A stretch of 64,000 nucleotides of DNA from Candidatus Marinacidobacterales bacterium (GCA_965219415.1 CBDCNP010000002.1:4320001-4384000); one strand, 5' to 3'. Shown: positions 33,185 to 44,363, counted from the stretch's first letter. Numbers and translations are program-made. Notes: generated by a model from the sequence alone, not told the origin.

Positions 33185-34216
33185 ATGAAAGATACGACAA
33201 TCGCTGTGGATCTTGCAAAGAACGTCTTCGAGATTGCCATCTCGGGAGAAGCGGGGAAGGTGTCCAAGCAACTCCGTGTGAGTCGACCCAAATTGGTGTC
33301 GTTCTTTGCCAAACAGAGCGCTGCCACCGTGCTTCTCGAAGCCTGCGGCTCGGCTCACTTCTGGGCAAGGACGTTCCGAAGGTTGGGACACGACGTCGTC
33401 CTGCTCCCACCTCACCTCGTGAGGCCGTATCGACGCGGGAGCAAGAACGACCGCGCCGACACGAAGGCGTTGCTCGAGGCCTACAGGAACGAGGAGCTTC
33501 TTCCCGTACCCATCAAGTCCGTGCACCAGCACACCCTCGCTGCGCTCCATCGCCTGCGCTCAGGATGGCTCTCCACACGGACCGCACGCATCAATGCCGT
33601 ACGCGGGCTCCTGCGCGAACTCGGATTCATCATCCCAAAGGGCGCTCACTTCGTCGTGCCCGCCCTCTTCGAACTCGTCGAAGACGCTGATTCTGATTTG
33701 CCCGACGTGCTCCGTTCGCATCTCCGTGATGCCTGCTCCGAGATTCGAGAACTCAAGGACAAGTGCGCTAGCATCGAGCACGAGCTCAAGGCGCTCACCA
33801 AGCAGCTTCCTGAAGTCCAACGACTTCTCGCCATTCCCGGCATCGGACTTCTGGCCGCGACCGCCATCGTGGGCTTCGTCGGCGATCTTCGCCGCTTCCC
33901 ATCGGGGCGCCGCTTCTCGAGCTACCTCGGCCTAGTTCCCAAGGAAAACTCCAGTGGCGACATTCGCCGCCTCGGACGCATCACCAAGCGTGGCGACTCC
34001 TACCTCCGTATGCTCCTCACCCAGGGCGGGCGCGCCGTGCTCCGCGCGGCGAACGTCAGCAAGAGCCCGCCCGACAAGCTCCGCGCCTGGGCTCGGAAGG
34101 TCCACCGCTCGCGGGGACACAACAAGGCCGTGATTGCTGTCGCCAACAAACTCGCCCGGATCGTCTGGGCCGTCTCCACCCGCGAGAGTGAATTCCAGTC
34201 GCCGGTGGCCGCTTAG
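33185..34216 (+). CDS. IS110 DEDD recombinase/transposase
   Basis: AVDLAKNVF, LLEAC, KNDRAD, IPGIG, YLGLVP..NSSG, GRITKRGD, AVANKLAR; RBS GGAGG. Confidence 0.95.
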   Translation: MKDTTIAVDLAKNVFEIAISGEAGKVSKQLRVSRPKLVSFFAKQSAATVLLEACGSAHFWARTFRRLGHDVVLLPPHLVRPYRRGSKNDRADTKALLEAYRNEELLPVPIKSVHQHTLAALHRLRSGWLSTRTARINAVRGLLRELGFIIPKGAHFVVPALFELVEDADSDLPDVLRSHLRDACSEIRELKDKCASIEHELKALTKQLPEVQRLLAIPGIGLLAATAIVGFVGDLRRFPSGRRFSSYLGLVPKENSSGDIRRLGRITKRGDSYLRMLLTQGGRAVLRAANVSKSPPDKLRAWARKVHRSRGHNKAVIAVANKLARIVWAVSTRESEFQSPVAA

Positions 34217-34500
34217 ATTTAGAGGCTCCACTTTCGTGTTTTCCTTTTTCCCTTCCAAAAGAGGCTGCGACGATACCCATCCAACTGATGGCGTACCGGT
34301 CGGACCGGCGCGGGGTCAAGCCAATAGCAACACTGGCCCTAAGAGGTCGTTCAAAGTGATTGGCTCCTCGCGCGCGGATTTTCCATCATGGCCCGGAGCA
34401 CCCAAGACGCTCCTCACTGAGGCCGAAGATACGTTTGCAGTCTGACCCACTCGTCACGACGCGATGGATGCGCAGCTTCGATGGAAGATTTATTAAGAAA
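34217..34500 (+). ncRNA. Putative bridge/seek RNA in the 3' noncoding region of IS110
   Basis: Two stem-loops containing TAGCAACAC (complement of target) and TTCCATCAT (complement of circle junction); RNA boundaries approximate. Confidence 0.75.
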
Positions 34501-35209
34501 GGGGCGTGACTAGAAAGAAAGGGGCTTGACTAGAGGAGTCCAGATATGTTGCTACGCGGCTGCGGGCAGTGGTACAGGTGCGGAAGAGACCGGGTTGCGC
34601 GCCTCAGTGAGCAGTAAAACCTCGATCCGCGACCACAAAGGAATCGTCGTCGCCAAGAAGATGTCTCGAAAGGTGAGCCGTCGCGTGGTCAGACCGGCCT
34701 GCATAGCCGGAGTTCGGATCTCACGTCCGAACTTCAGAGTTCCGTGCGGTCGGACGAAGTTGTAATAGCAACGGAGCAACTCCATGTGCTCATCGAGCCT
34801 CTCCGTCGAGCGAGTGTGGGAAAGCGTTCGTCTCGAAAGGTATGCCGAGCTTTGCCGGATCGTCAGATTTAACCGCTCGATGAACGACGTGTTCAATGTC
34901 GAGGAGTCCTCGGAGTTATTGAGCGTGTCTTCGAATCGCCACGCGGCTCCGTGCAGCGCTCTCCGTTCGACCTTGATGATACGACCGTTCCTGCGCGTCC
35001 TGTGCCAAAACTCGGCCCTCTTGAAATAGCCGATAAATCAGCAGCTTAGCGTCTGTGTTTTGCGACGGTGCCAAGGGCTGTGGGCTTACAATCGTCTGGC
35101 CCGAGGGTGTTATCTTCGGATCCATCATGACGTACCATGTGCAAATCCTACTGTTGGTCAGGCAGCCGTTGTTCGATCGGGCAGCCCTGCTGCTCACACA
35201 GACCTCATG

Positions 35210-35375
35210 GGTGCTTCCGCCATCAAGTGTTGGTGAGATGACGCTAAGACTTTACAGTGCATTAAGTTACAGTCAAAATAGCGCTTGTGACCTTCCCCGC
35301 GCGCTAAATGGAGCGTAAGTGCCTCTTTTGCAAAGGGATGCGTACATATCACCAACAGTAAACAGCGGAAGCACC
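35210..35375 (+). mobile_element. IS1-type MITE copy 5
   Basis: Homologous to 483-649. Confidence 0.85.
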
Positions 35376-35536
35376 TCGCGTTCCAGAACCTAGCGCTTTA
35401 CGCGCAGCGCCTCGGCAAACACCTGGTACAAGATGATCCGGGAGTGCGGGTGGAAGCGTCCCCGGAGGCACGTGCATCCGGCGAAGCCCAAGGAAGGCCT
35501 CAGAACAACGCGCCCCAACGAGTATTGGCAAATCGA
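35376..35536 (+). pseudogene. DDE integrase/transposase fragment
   Basis: WYKMIRECGWKRPR...GLRTTRPNEYWQID. Confidence 0.6.
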
Positions 35537-36623
35537 TGCCTTGGTGCACAACTCCGATAGAGGCCGAGAGCTCACTTGGCCCCGACTCCCATCATCCGAT
35601 CATCTCGCTATCAGGCATCCCGAGCGCCGTCATGGTGTTGAGAATCTTGCACCCGATCCTTGCCTCACCTCTCTGTGCCGCCAACCCTCTCGCTCGCATC
35701 GCTGAGCCCACGATAGCCTTGTAGCGATGGAACGTTGTCTCGACTTTGCTCCGTTTGCTGTAGTCCGATTCTGTGTGCCACTTTCGTTTGCCGAGCCGAG
35801 CTTGTGCTGCAATGTTGCGATTGCGCTGTCGGCTGCTCGCCGGCCCCGATGCGAGCAGGGCGCCCTTGCGCGGCGGTATCAGCACCCTCGGCGAGCGATG
35901 AGCGCTGTGATTCTCGATTGCCTCATAGACGCCGCCGGCGTCGTATGCGGTGTCAGCTCTGGCCGATGAGATGGGACTGTCGATCTGTCCGACAAGCGAT
36001 GCAACCCGCGATGAATCGCGGGCTCTTTTGCTCGTCAGCTCGCCGGCGACGACTTCGCCACTCTGCTCGTCGACACACAGATGGAGCTTGCGATAGTCCC
36101 TGCTCTTTTGTGCTCTGCGCAGCTGGCCGGCGTGGACAGCGAGACCGCTGCTGTCGATCAAGATGTGCAACGGCGTCTTCTGCTTGACTGGGTAGAAGGG
36201 GACCTTACCCAGCTTCGGCTTGCGCCTCGAGCTCGTGGTGTGATCGGGCACATCATTGTCTAGCTTCATCAGAGCGAACAACGACCGCAGCAATCCCTCG
36301 CTCTGCCTAGATGACAGATGAAACACCATGCCCAGGGTGACAGCCGTCTCGATGGCGTGGTTCGAGTACCTGCGTTGACGGCCCGGTTTCCTCCTCCTTG
36401 GCCGGAGCGCGTCCCAGTTCACAAGCTTGCCGGCGGTGAGCGAGATCCAGACGGTCAGGCTCCCGCGGTTGCGTAGACCCGCCTCATATTCACGCCAATT
36501 CCTCACGCGATAGGCCTTCTTCACATACTTCCGCTGAGTGCGTTTGAAAATGCTCATGGGGAACCTCGTATCCGCGAGTACAGGACAATTGTGGACCGAG
36601 ATCGAGAGTTGTGCACCAAGGCA
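35537..36623 (-). mobile_element. IS5-family element (IS903-like)
   Basis: Perfect 18-bp TIR TGCCTTGGTGCACAACTC. Confidence 0.9.
35592..36557 (-). CDS. IS5 transposase
   Basis: NWREYEAGLRNRGSL, PDHTT, IDSSGL, ADTAYD, RSKVETTF. Confidence 0.9.
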   Translation of the reverse strand: MSIFKRTQRKYVKKAYRVRNWREYEAGLRNRGSLTVWISLTAGKLVNWDALRPRRRKPGRQRRYSNHAIETAVTLGMVFHLSSRQSEGLLRSLFALMKLDNDVPDHTTSSRRKPKLGKVPFYPVKQKTPLHILIDSSGLAVHAGQLRRAQKSRDYRKLHLCVDEQSGEVVAGELTSKRARDSSRVASLVGQIDSPISSARADTAYDAGGVYEAIENHSAHRSPRVLIPPRKGALLASGPASSRQRNRNIAAQARLGKRKWHTESDYSKRSKVETTFHRYKAIVGSAMRARGLAAQRGEARIGCKILNTMTALGMPDSEMIG

Positions 36624-36670
36624 CTGATTCACCACGTCAGGGCTGTGAACCCTCTGACGTAGATCTACCC

Positions 36671-37956
36671 TGTCCATCATCATTATTAATCCGGGACTGG
36701 ACTCTAGGGCCCAGACCGCCCTCGAGCACATGCTGGAGAGCGTGGTCAGCGCGCGAGGGAAGGTGCTGAGGACAAACTTCTCGGCGACCAGCCGAGTAAC
36801 GCGAGCGACCAAGCTGACTCAAGCTGCCTCTCGCCACTCGTATCGATGGTGCAGTCCACCGACTCGCGGCAGTGCGACTACTTTCGCCGTAGGAGACGGT
36901 CGGTGCGTGACCGTTCTCAAGCTCGGTGTGTCCTTGTTCAGCCCCAAGTGGCAACGGTCCTCATGATAGTAGCTGATGTAAGCTCGCACGAGCCGGATGA
37001 GATGACATGCGCCGAGAACCACGACGTGCTCAAGGAGCTCGCGACGGCAGCTGCCGACCCACCGCTCCGCGGTTCCGTTTTGCCATGGGCTGCGAAGCGA
37101 AGTGCGAACGGGTTTTGTGCCCGTTGCCTTGATGAACTCGATGACCGCAGCGTTAAAGATGAAGTCGCGATCGAAGATGAGATATCTCGGAGCGGTGTCG
37201 TAGGGAAACGCCTCGCGGAGTTGCTGAATAACCCAAGCAGACGTCGGGTGGAACGTGGCGTTGAAGTGAACGATGTGCCGGCGACCGTGCTCGATGACGA
37301 AGAAGCCGTACAGCAGCCGGAGCGACGCGGTGGGCACGGTGAACAGATCCATGGCGGCGATATCGTCTTTATGGTTGCGCAAGAAAGCCATCCATCGTTT
37401 CAGCTGGTCGGGCTCCGCGGGACGCCGCGGCAGGTATCGCGACACCGTGCTCTCGGAGATGATGAAACCGAGCTTGGTGAGCTCAGCATGGATGCGTGGC
37501 GCCCCCCAGCCGTCTTGCGCCATCGTGCGGACGACGCGACGAATCTCGGCATCAATCCGAGGCCGACCGGGATGGCGGCGCTGCGAGATCTTTGCCCAGT
37601 ACCGTCGGAATCGGTCGCGATGCCAACGGGCTACGGTGTCCGCGTGGACGATGAGCAGGCGGCTCGCCCACACGGGCCACGAACCTCGAAGGGCAACCCA
37701 GAAAGCCCGTTCCGTGTCTTCGAGCGGTGGGCGTGGGCGCTCTTTCTTCAGCGCCGTCACTTGCTGCCGCAAAGCGACGTTCTCCAACACCAGATCGGCG
37801 CGGCGCCGACACATCGCCCGAATGGCACGGACGCCAAGTGAGACGAGGAAGACAACAACGTTGAGCATAGCGGCGGAGTTTCGCCGTCTTCGGTCCGGAA
37901 TTCAAGCGGAGCGTAAGTCCTTGATTTCGTGGGCGGAGCAGTTTTGACGATGCACA
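36671..37956 (-). mobile_element. Complete family A rve-type IS (transposase 36819-37868)
   Basis: Near-identical to 1244-2528. Confidence 0.9.
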
Positions 37957-37978
37957 GCTGTTTTTTTTGCTTTCGGCC

Positions 37979-38719
37979 CTATGTTTTGGAGGTCAGGGAC
38001 GCACGAATACCGGGGTAAGCGACTCGGCTGTGGGTGAGCCCGGCATCCAGGAGAACCGCCAGTGTATGGATGGTGACGGCAAGCGGGTCGATGAGGGGCA
38101 CGCTCAACTTCATGGCCTCTAGTTTCTTCCGGAGATCTCTGGCAAGAAACGCGAACCCCGTGCAGCAAAGCACCAGCGTGTCAGCATTCGCTCCGCAGAT
38201 CGCTCTCCGGGCTGCTTCGACCAGTAAAGCTGTGGTTCGTCCCGGATCGGCCCCTATCTCATCGGGCGGAATACCAACTACTTCGCAGGACGCGAGCCGC
38301 GCGCCCAGCCCTACCTTCTCCGCCTGTTCCTCGAAATAACGCGCAGAGAACTCGCTGGTCACCAGGAGACTAAACCGTCGCCCCACCAAGGTGGCCACAT
38401 GCATCGAGGTTTGGCCGGGCCCGAGCACCGGGATGGCAACATTCTCGCGCATCTCCCGCACGCCGGGATCGGCCATGCAGTTGACGACGATTCCTTCCAC
38501 CCCTTCCCGCTCGGCCTTCACGGCATTCGTGATGAGCTGGGGTACAGAAAGACTGAGCGCGGTGACGGATTCCGTTGTTTCGAGCTCCGGCTCCCCTTCT
38601 GGGTAGCCTACGCTGAGGGTCAAACCCTCGCCGCCATAGCGCTCGTTTACTTGGCGATGCAGTTCCTCCGACCGATCTTTCTTTGGCACGAAGGCCCCAA
38701 CTAGTCTGATGTGTTTCAT
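37979..38719 (-). CDS. Asp/Glu/hydantoin racemase family protein
   Basis: VNCMADPG, PVLGPG, LVLCCTG, IDP. Confidence 0.85.
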   Translation of the reverse strand: MKHIRLVGAFVPKKDRSEELHRQVNERYGGEGLTLSVGYPEGEPELETTESVTALSLSVPQLITNAVKAEREGVEGIVVNCMADPGVREMRENVAIPVLGPGQTSMHVATLVGRRFSLLVTSEFSARYFEEQAEKVGLGARLASCEVVGIPPDEIGADPGRTTALLVEAARRAICGANADTLVLCCTGFAFLARDLRKKLEAMKLSVPLIDPLAVTIHTLAVLLDAGLTHSRVAYPGIRASLTSKT

Positions 38720-39129
38720 TCGAGACTACCCAAAATGATACTACCACTCCCCGGGCCGGCGCAATCACTGCTTACGGTCGTCGAGCTTGCCCAGACGAGC
38801 CAAGCTGTTCGCAAGGTGGAGCCTGTGCTCCGCAAAAAGTCGATCCCGTCCTGTGCCAAAACTCAGCCCTTTTGAAATAGCCCATAAATCAGCAACTTAG
38901 AGTCTGTGTTTGCGGCCGTGCCCAGGGCCGAGCGCGAACAAACGACGAAATCATGCCGGCATAGTCCCGGCAGATCGGAGACCGATCAGGTTCGGGTCGG
39001 CGCGGATGAATAAATAGAAGGCACAGGCCACCCGAGGGGCTCAGAATCGAGGCCGGGGCTACCGTGGCGTAGCTGGCCGAGCACGTTCTGGTCCAGGTGC
39101 GCCCGGGCCTCCTTTATGTCTATTTTTCT

Positions 39130-40513
39130 GGGTTTACGCGGATTCGTGTGGGTAAGTTCTGACGGAAAAACAGTGTAACTCATTGTGTGGAAAAGGTATC
39201 GAGTACTTCATCAGGTGCTGAAAAGTGGTCCATTTTTAGGATAGGCTAACCGAGTGAAAAATTCCCAGTCGATCCGCTCGCTGTTTGCGCTGCCAGGTTT
39301 CGTGGTTGGTGCCGGATTGAAGGGTCTATTCGGTGACCGATACGCCCGTGTCATCCAGCTCAAGAGGCGAAAAAAACAGCTGTGTGCTCTTACTGTGGGC
39401 AACGGTGCCGGGGGCGCTATGACAAGCAAGTGTGCCGGGTCCGCGACCTGTCGTTGGCAGGCTGGCGGATCTATCTGGAATACGAGCGTTGGCGCGTCAA
39501 CTGTTCTGGGTGCGGCGGTGTGCATGTAGAACACCTAGACTGGCTGGCGAACAACTCGCGCTACACCCAGCGTTTTGCGACGCATGTGGGCAAGCTGCGC
39601 CGGGATATGCCGAACAAGGCGGTGGCCGAGATGGAACGTCTGCACCACGGTACGGTGAAGGCTCTGGATACGCTCTACATGCAAGAGCAGGTCGACCGGG
39701 CGGGGCTACCGGCGCCTCGGGCCATCGGTGTCGATGAGATCTCCATCCGCAAGGGACATAACTATCGCGTCATTGTCAGCGACCTGGAGCGGGCGCGTCC
39801 CATCTGGGTGGGCGGTGAGGGTCGCAAAGAAACCGACATCGATTTGTTCTTCAAGGCGCTGGGCGGAAAGAAAAGCGCCCGTATCAAGCTGGCCGCCATG
39901 GATATGTGGAAGCCCTTCCGGAACTCGGTGATTCACAACGCGCCTAATGCGCGGATCATCTTCGACAAGTTTCATATCATGCGTCATCTGTCAAAGGCCC
40001 TCGATGAGGTCCGGCGCGGTGAGTACAAACGCCTCAGCGGCAAGGACCGGTCGTACATCAAGGGGCAGCGTTACACTTTGCTTTCCCGGCGGGAGAACCT
40101 GAGCCTAGACGGTCGCCGCGCACTCAAAAAGTTGCTCCAGGCCAACCGGCGCCTGAACACCGCCTATATTTTGAAGGAGGCCTTCGGGCAACTCTGGGAT
40201 TACCGCACCGAACGCGGCGCTCGCGCCTTTTTCACTCGTTGGAAAGACAGCCTCAAATGGCAACGCCTGCATCCGTACCAGAAGTTCGCCGGTATGATTG
40301 AGTCCCATTGGGATGGTATCGCCTCCTACTGTCATCCGGAGAACAAAGTCAGTCTCGGCCTAGTTGAAGGGGTCAACAACAAAATCCGTGTTCTGCAACG
40401 ACGCGCCTACGGCTATCGCGACGAGGAATATCTCAAGCTGAAGATCGTGGCGGCTTTCCTTCCGCCATTACCCAGAAATGCAGTTTTCAACCCACACGAA
40501 TCCGCGTAGACCC
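39130..40513 (+). mobile_element. ISL3-family element with 8-bp TSD
   Basis: TIRs GGGTTTACGCGGATTCGTGTGGGT / ACCCACACGAATCCGCGTAGACCC; TSD ATTTTTCT at 39122-39129 and 40514-40521. Confidence 0.92.
39254..40509 (+). CDS. ISL3 transposase, split by a frameshift at A7 (~39370)
   Basis: CSYC..CSGC zinc finger, GVDE, AMDMW, FDKFH, EGVNNKIRV..RRAYG. Confidence 0.88.
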
Positions 40514-40566
40514 ATTTTTCTCCAGCCTGGATCGAGGTCTTCGCCCAGGGAGCGTGGCATCCCGTC

Positions 40567-43261
40567 CTGCGGCCTGCTCTCGGCCCGTATCACCGACCCC
40601 GCGCGGCGTACCGCCGACGACTTCGCCGCCCACATGCGGACGAACCCGTTCCTCCGGGAGATGATGGAAACCTTCCTGCGCGTGGGCGGACGCCGCGGCA
40701 AAGCCGGCGGGTCAGGCATCGACTTCGACGAGCTGGGCGTCTCCGAGGTGGTGGAGCTCCTCGACCGGGCCAACATGGAGGAGGAGGTCCGCGACTTCGG
40801 CGACCGCAACCCCCAGGAAGACCCGGTCATTCACTTCTACGAGCACTTCCTCGCCGCCTACGACAAGAAGCAGAAGGTGAGCCGCGGCGTCTTCTACACC
40901 CCGCGCCCCGTGGTCTCCTACATCGTGCGCTCGGTGGACGAGCTGCTGCGCACAGAGTTTGGGCTAGAGGATGGCCTCGCCGACACCACGACCTGGAGCG
41001 AGATGGCGAGGCGCCACGAAGATCTGGAAATCCCGGAAGGCACCTCGCCCGTTCAGGCCTTTGCCCAGATCCTCGACCCGGCCACCGGAACCGGCACTTT
41101 CCTCGTAGAGGTCATCGACCTCATCCACGACACGATGGTCGAGAAGTGGAAGGGCCAGGGTCACGGCGAGAAGAAGATCCAGGCGCTCTGGAACGAGTAC
41201 GTCCCGAAGCACCTGCTGCAGCGCCTGCACGGCTACGAGCTACTGATGGCCCCGTACGCCATCGCCCATCTCAAGATCGGCCTCAAGCTCTTCGAGGCCG
41301 GCTACCGCTTCGCAAGCGACGAGCGGGCGCGGGTGTATCTGACGAATGCGCTGGAGCCGGCGGACAGCACGCAGCTCACGCTCGACTTCCTGCCGGCGTT
41401 GGCGCACGAGGCGCAGGCAGTCAACGAGATCAAGCGAAAGCAGCGCTTCACGGTAGTGATCGGGAACCCGCCTTACTCGGGCCTCTCTTCTAACATGGGG
41501 CCGTGGATTGATGGCCTCCTGAAGGGGCGGCTGCCCGACGGGACGGCGACGGCGAGCTACTACCACGTCGACGGCGAGCCGCTCGGCGAACGAAAGGTGT
41601 GGCTCCAGGACGACTACGTGAAGTTCATCCGCCTCTCGCAGTGGCTGCTCGACGGCACGGGTGCCGGCATCCACGGATACATCAGCAACCACGGCTACCT
41701 CGATAACCCCACGTTTCGCGGGATGCGCTGGTCGCTCATGCAGTCCTTCCGCCGGATCCGTGTGCTCGACCTTCACGGGAACCTCAAGAAGAAGGAGGCT
41801 CCGCCGGGGGGCGGCCGCGATGTCAACGTGTTCGACATCCAGCAGGGCGTGGCCATCGGGCTCTTCACGAAGGCTGCTGCAGCCAGATCTGTCTGCCACG
41901 CCGATCTCTGGGGTGAACGGGAAAGCAAGTACAGATGGCTACTGGAGCACGTGTCCTTAGCCACCGAATGGGCGCAACTGGAACCAGCTCCACGGTTCTA
42001 TCTGTTCGAGCCCTTCGACGAATCCGGCGCGGACAGCTACTCCGACTGGCCTGCGATCAACGAGGTCATGCCCGTGAACGTGACCGGAATCGTCACGGCA
42101 CGGGACGGTTTTGTCATCGACCTCGAACCGAGTGTCCTGCTGGATCGCATTGAAACGTTTCTTGATAACCGACTGAGCGACACCGAAGTCAAGAAGCGTC
42201 TCGGTCTGAAAGAGAACTACGCCTGGCGAGTCGCTGCGGCTCGGCGCGAACTCCGCACTGCCACAAAGCGCAAGCGGTTAGAGGACTTCGTCACCAAGAT
42301 TCTCTATCGGCCCTTCGACGAACGGTTCATCTTCTGGCATCCGTCCGTAGTTTGGAGGCCTCGGACCGAGGCCATGCCACACATGCTCGCAGGGGAAAAT
42401 CTGTCAATCGGCCTGACGCGAACGGTCGAAGTGGGTTCCGGGTTCAGCCACGTGTTCGCGAGTCGGGAAATGATCCAGCATCACACGGTATCTTTGAAGG
42501 AGGTGAACTACCAGTTTCCGCTCTATCTGTACCCCGGCGTCGGCAAGGCCGACGCGTCGCTGTTCAGCCGCTGGGCCGAGGGCAAGGACGGCCGCGCGCC
42601 AAATCTGGACTCGGGGTTCGTCGAGCATATTGCAGCCACCACCGAACTGCGATTCGTCAGCGACGGCTGCGGCGATCTCCGCGACACCTTCGGTCCCGAG
42701 GACATCCTCGCTTGGATCTACGGGGTGTTGCACAGCCCCCGCTACCGAGAGCGCTACGAGGCCCATCTGAAGCTCGACTTCCCCCGCGTGCCGTTGCCCG
42801 GAAGTGTCGACCTCCTCCGAAAGCTGGCGGAGGCCGGCCATGACCTGATGGCCCTCCATCTGCTCGAATCCCCGAAGCTCGGTAAGCCCATCACCAGCTA
42901 CGCCGGCCCCAGGAACCACGAAGTCGGAAGCGTCGGCTGGTTGGACCGCACCGTCTGGCTCGATGCCGGCAAGACCAACGCCCGCGAGGGCCACCGCGCG
43001 ACGATGCCCGGCACCATGGGATTCCAGGGCGTGCCCGCAGAGGTCTGGGACTTCCACATCGGCGGCTACCAAGTCTGCCACAAGTGGCTTAAGGACCGGA
43101 AGGGCCGCACGCTCTCGGACGAGGATGTCGCCCACTACCAGAAGATCGTCGTCGCCCTGAATGAGACCATCCGCATCATGGCCGAGATCCACGAGGTCAT
43201 CGAAGCCCACGGCGGTTGGCCCGACGCGTTCTCAAGAGCTTACACGTTGCGGCCGGTGTGA
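40567..43261 (+). pseudogene. Type ISP/IIG-like RM protein (m6A MTase + LlaBIII-like specificity region), N-terminally truncated
   Basis: GVFYTP, ILDPATGTGTFL, IGNPPY, DDYVKF, NPTFRGMR, YRPFD, IGGYQVCHKWLKDRK; homology starts mid-protein at GLLSAR. Confidence 0.85.
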
Positions 43262-43473
43262 CTGGGGCTGTGACAGTGGCAGTGATTCGTCACGTTGAGG
43301 GGTGTCGGATTCCGCAAAACGAAATGACCGGATCTGACCGCTAAAAGCGGTAGCAAGTGATTACTAATCAGTATGTCATGGGCATTTCTGGACGGTGATG
43401 AACGTCAGACGATATCTAATGATGGACGAGTGGGAGGCGTTGAGCACCCATGGTGTGGAGTTGAAGAGAGACT

Positions 43474-43560
43474 GTGGCTGCCGCGTACGGTTGGTCGGCG
43501 GGCATCTCCGACGACGAGGTTCTCCGCGAGTTGCTGGCGCTGAACGGCGGACGCCAAGAA
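43474..43560 (+). pseudogene. C-terminal fragment of an MmeI-like Type IIG enzyme
   Basis: VAAAYGW...SDDEVLRELLALN. Confidence 0.55.
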
Positions 43561-43601
43561 ATTCGCGGAGACCAGTTGACACGGTACTGGCGAGCCCGTC
43601 C

Positions 43602-43749
43602 CGTCCTGGTGCCAAAACTCGGCCCTTTAGAAATAGACCACAAATCAGCAGCTTAGACGCCCTTGGAATCCGCGCAGAATCCAGGGTATTTCGCGCCGCA
43701 GGGCTGACTTCCGACCCATGGGCTGGCGGATGAATAAATAGAAGGCACA
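43602..43749. mobile_element. Hybrid D/E MITE, copy 2
   Basis: Near-identical to 16335-16482. Confidence 0.8.
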
Positions 43750-44135
43750 GGTAGTGAATCCTGGTTCGCCCTCACGAATCGGAAGGCTTCGGTGGTACCG
43801 ACTCGGTCTCCCGAGCGAACCAGGCCGCGGCTTTTGAGAGGCTCTCCCGCTCCAACCGTAGTTGACGGTTCTCGCAGGCGGCGGAGTTCCGCACGCTCCT
43901 CACTCGTCAGACCGTCCCGCCTGCGACCCTCGTCGAGATCCGCCTGGTTCACCCAGTTCCGGATCGTCTGGCCCGAGGGCTCAAACTCTCGCGCCAGCTC
44001 TTCGGAGCCGCGGCCAGCTCGCACCAGCTCTACCATTTGGCGCCGGAACTCGGCCGCGTATCTGTTTCCCTGCTTTGACATCGTGGACTCCTGTCTCCCA
44101 AAGGATTAGGTGTCCACGAAAGCGGGTCAAGTCCA
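43750..44135 (-). mobile_element. IS3-family left fragment (orfA, damaged)
   Basis: IR TGGACTTGACCCGCTTTCGTGGACAC; RYAAEFRRQMVELVRAG. Confidence 0.85.
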
Positions 44136-44159
44136 GGGCCGAGTTTTGGCACAGGACGG

Positions 44160-44281
44160 GGTATACTGTCAAGTTGAGGCATTCAGGGCCGATCCGACCC
44201 CAAGATATTGGCAACGCCGTGCGCTCAAGCCCCATCATCTAGCGGCCCGTTTCGAGCTTGAGACCTCAACTTGACAATACC
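44160..44281. mobile_element. ~120-bp MITE with IS6/IS1-like TIRs
   Basis: TACTGTCAAGTTGAGG...CCTCAACTTGACAATA. Confidence 0.6.
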
Positions 44282-44363
44282 GTGGACGAGCCGGCAACAG
44301 TAAACGGAGCAAGCACCCAATCAACGCTGGATCGACTTTTTGCGGAGCACAGGGAGTACTGAA

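Larger units (their letters stand above)
33102..34548 (+). mobile_element. IS110-family (IS1111 group) element inserted into an IS1 terminal repeat
   Basis: Flanks rejoin to GGTGCTTCCGCCATCAAG-TG-TTGCTACGCGG, the IS1 right end; TG core at both ends; subterminal IRs TGGACTCCTC / GAGGAGTCCA. Confidence 0.92.
33084..34996 (-). mobile_element. IS1 3' part, its TIR split by IS110
   Basis: 33084-33103 plus 34549-34996 match 17214-17680. Confidence 0.85.

Noticed and set aside
35592-36812. 406-aa IS5 ORF
   Set aside because: The N-terminal ~85 aa lie upstream of the 36557 start, mostly outside the IS5 TIR in the neighbouring element.
43385-43430. Possible resolvase res-like site (TCTGGACGGTGATGAACGTCAGACGATATCTAATGATGGAC)
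   Set aside because: Only weak symmetry, single copy, and no resolvase nearby.
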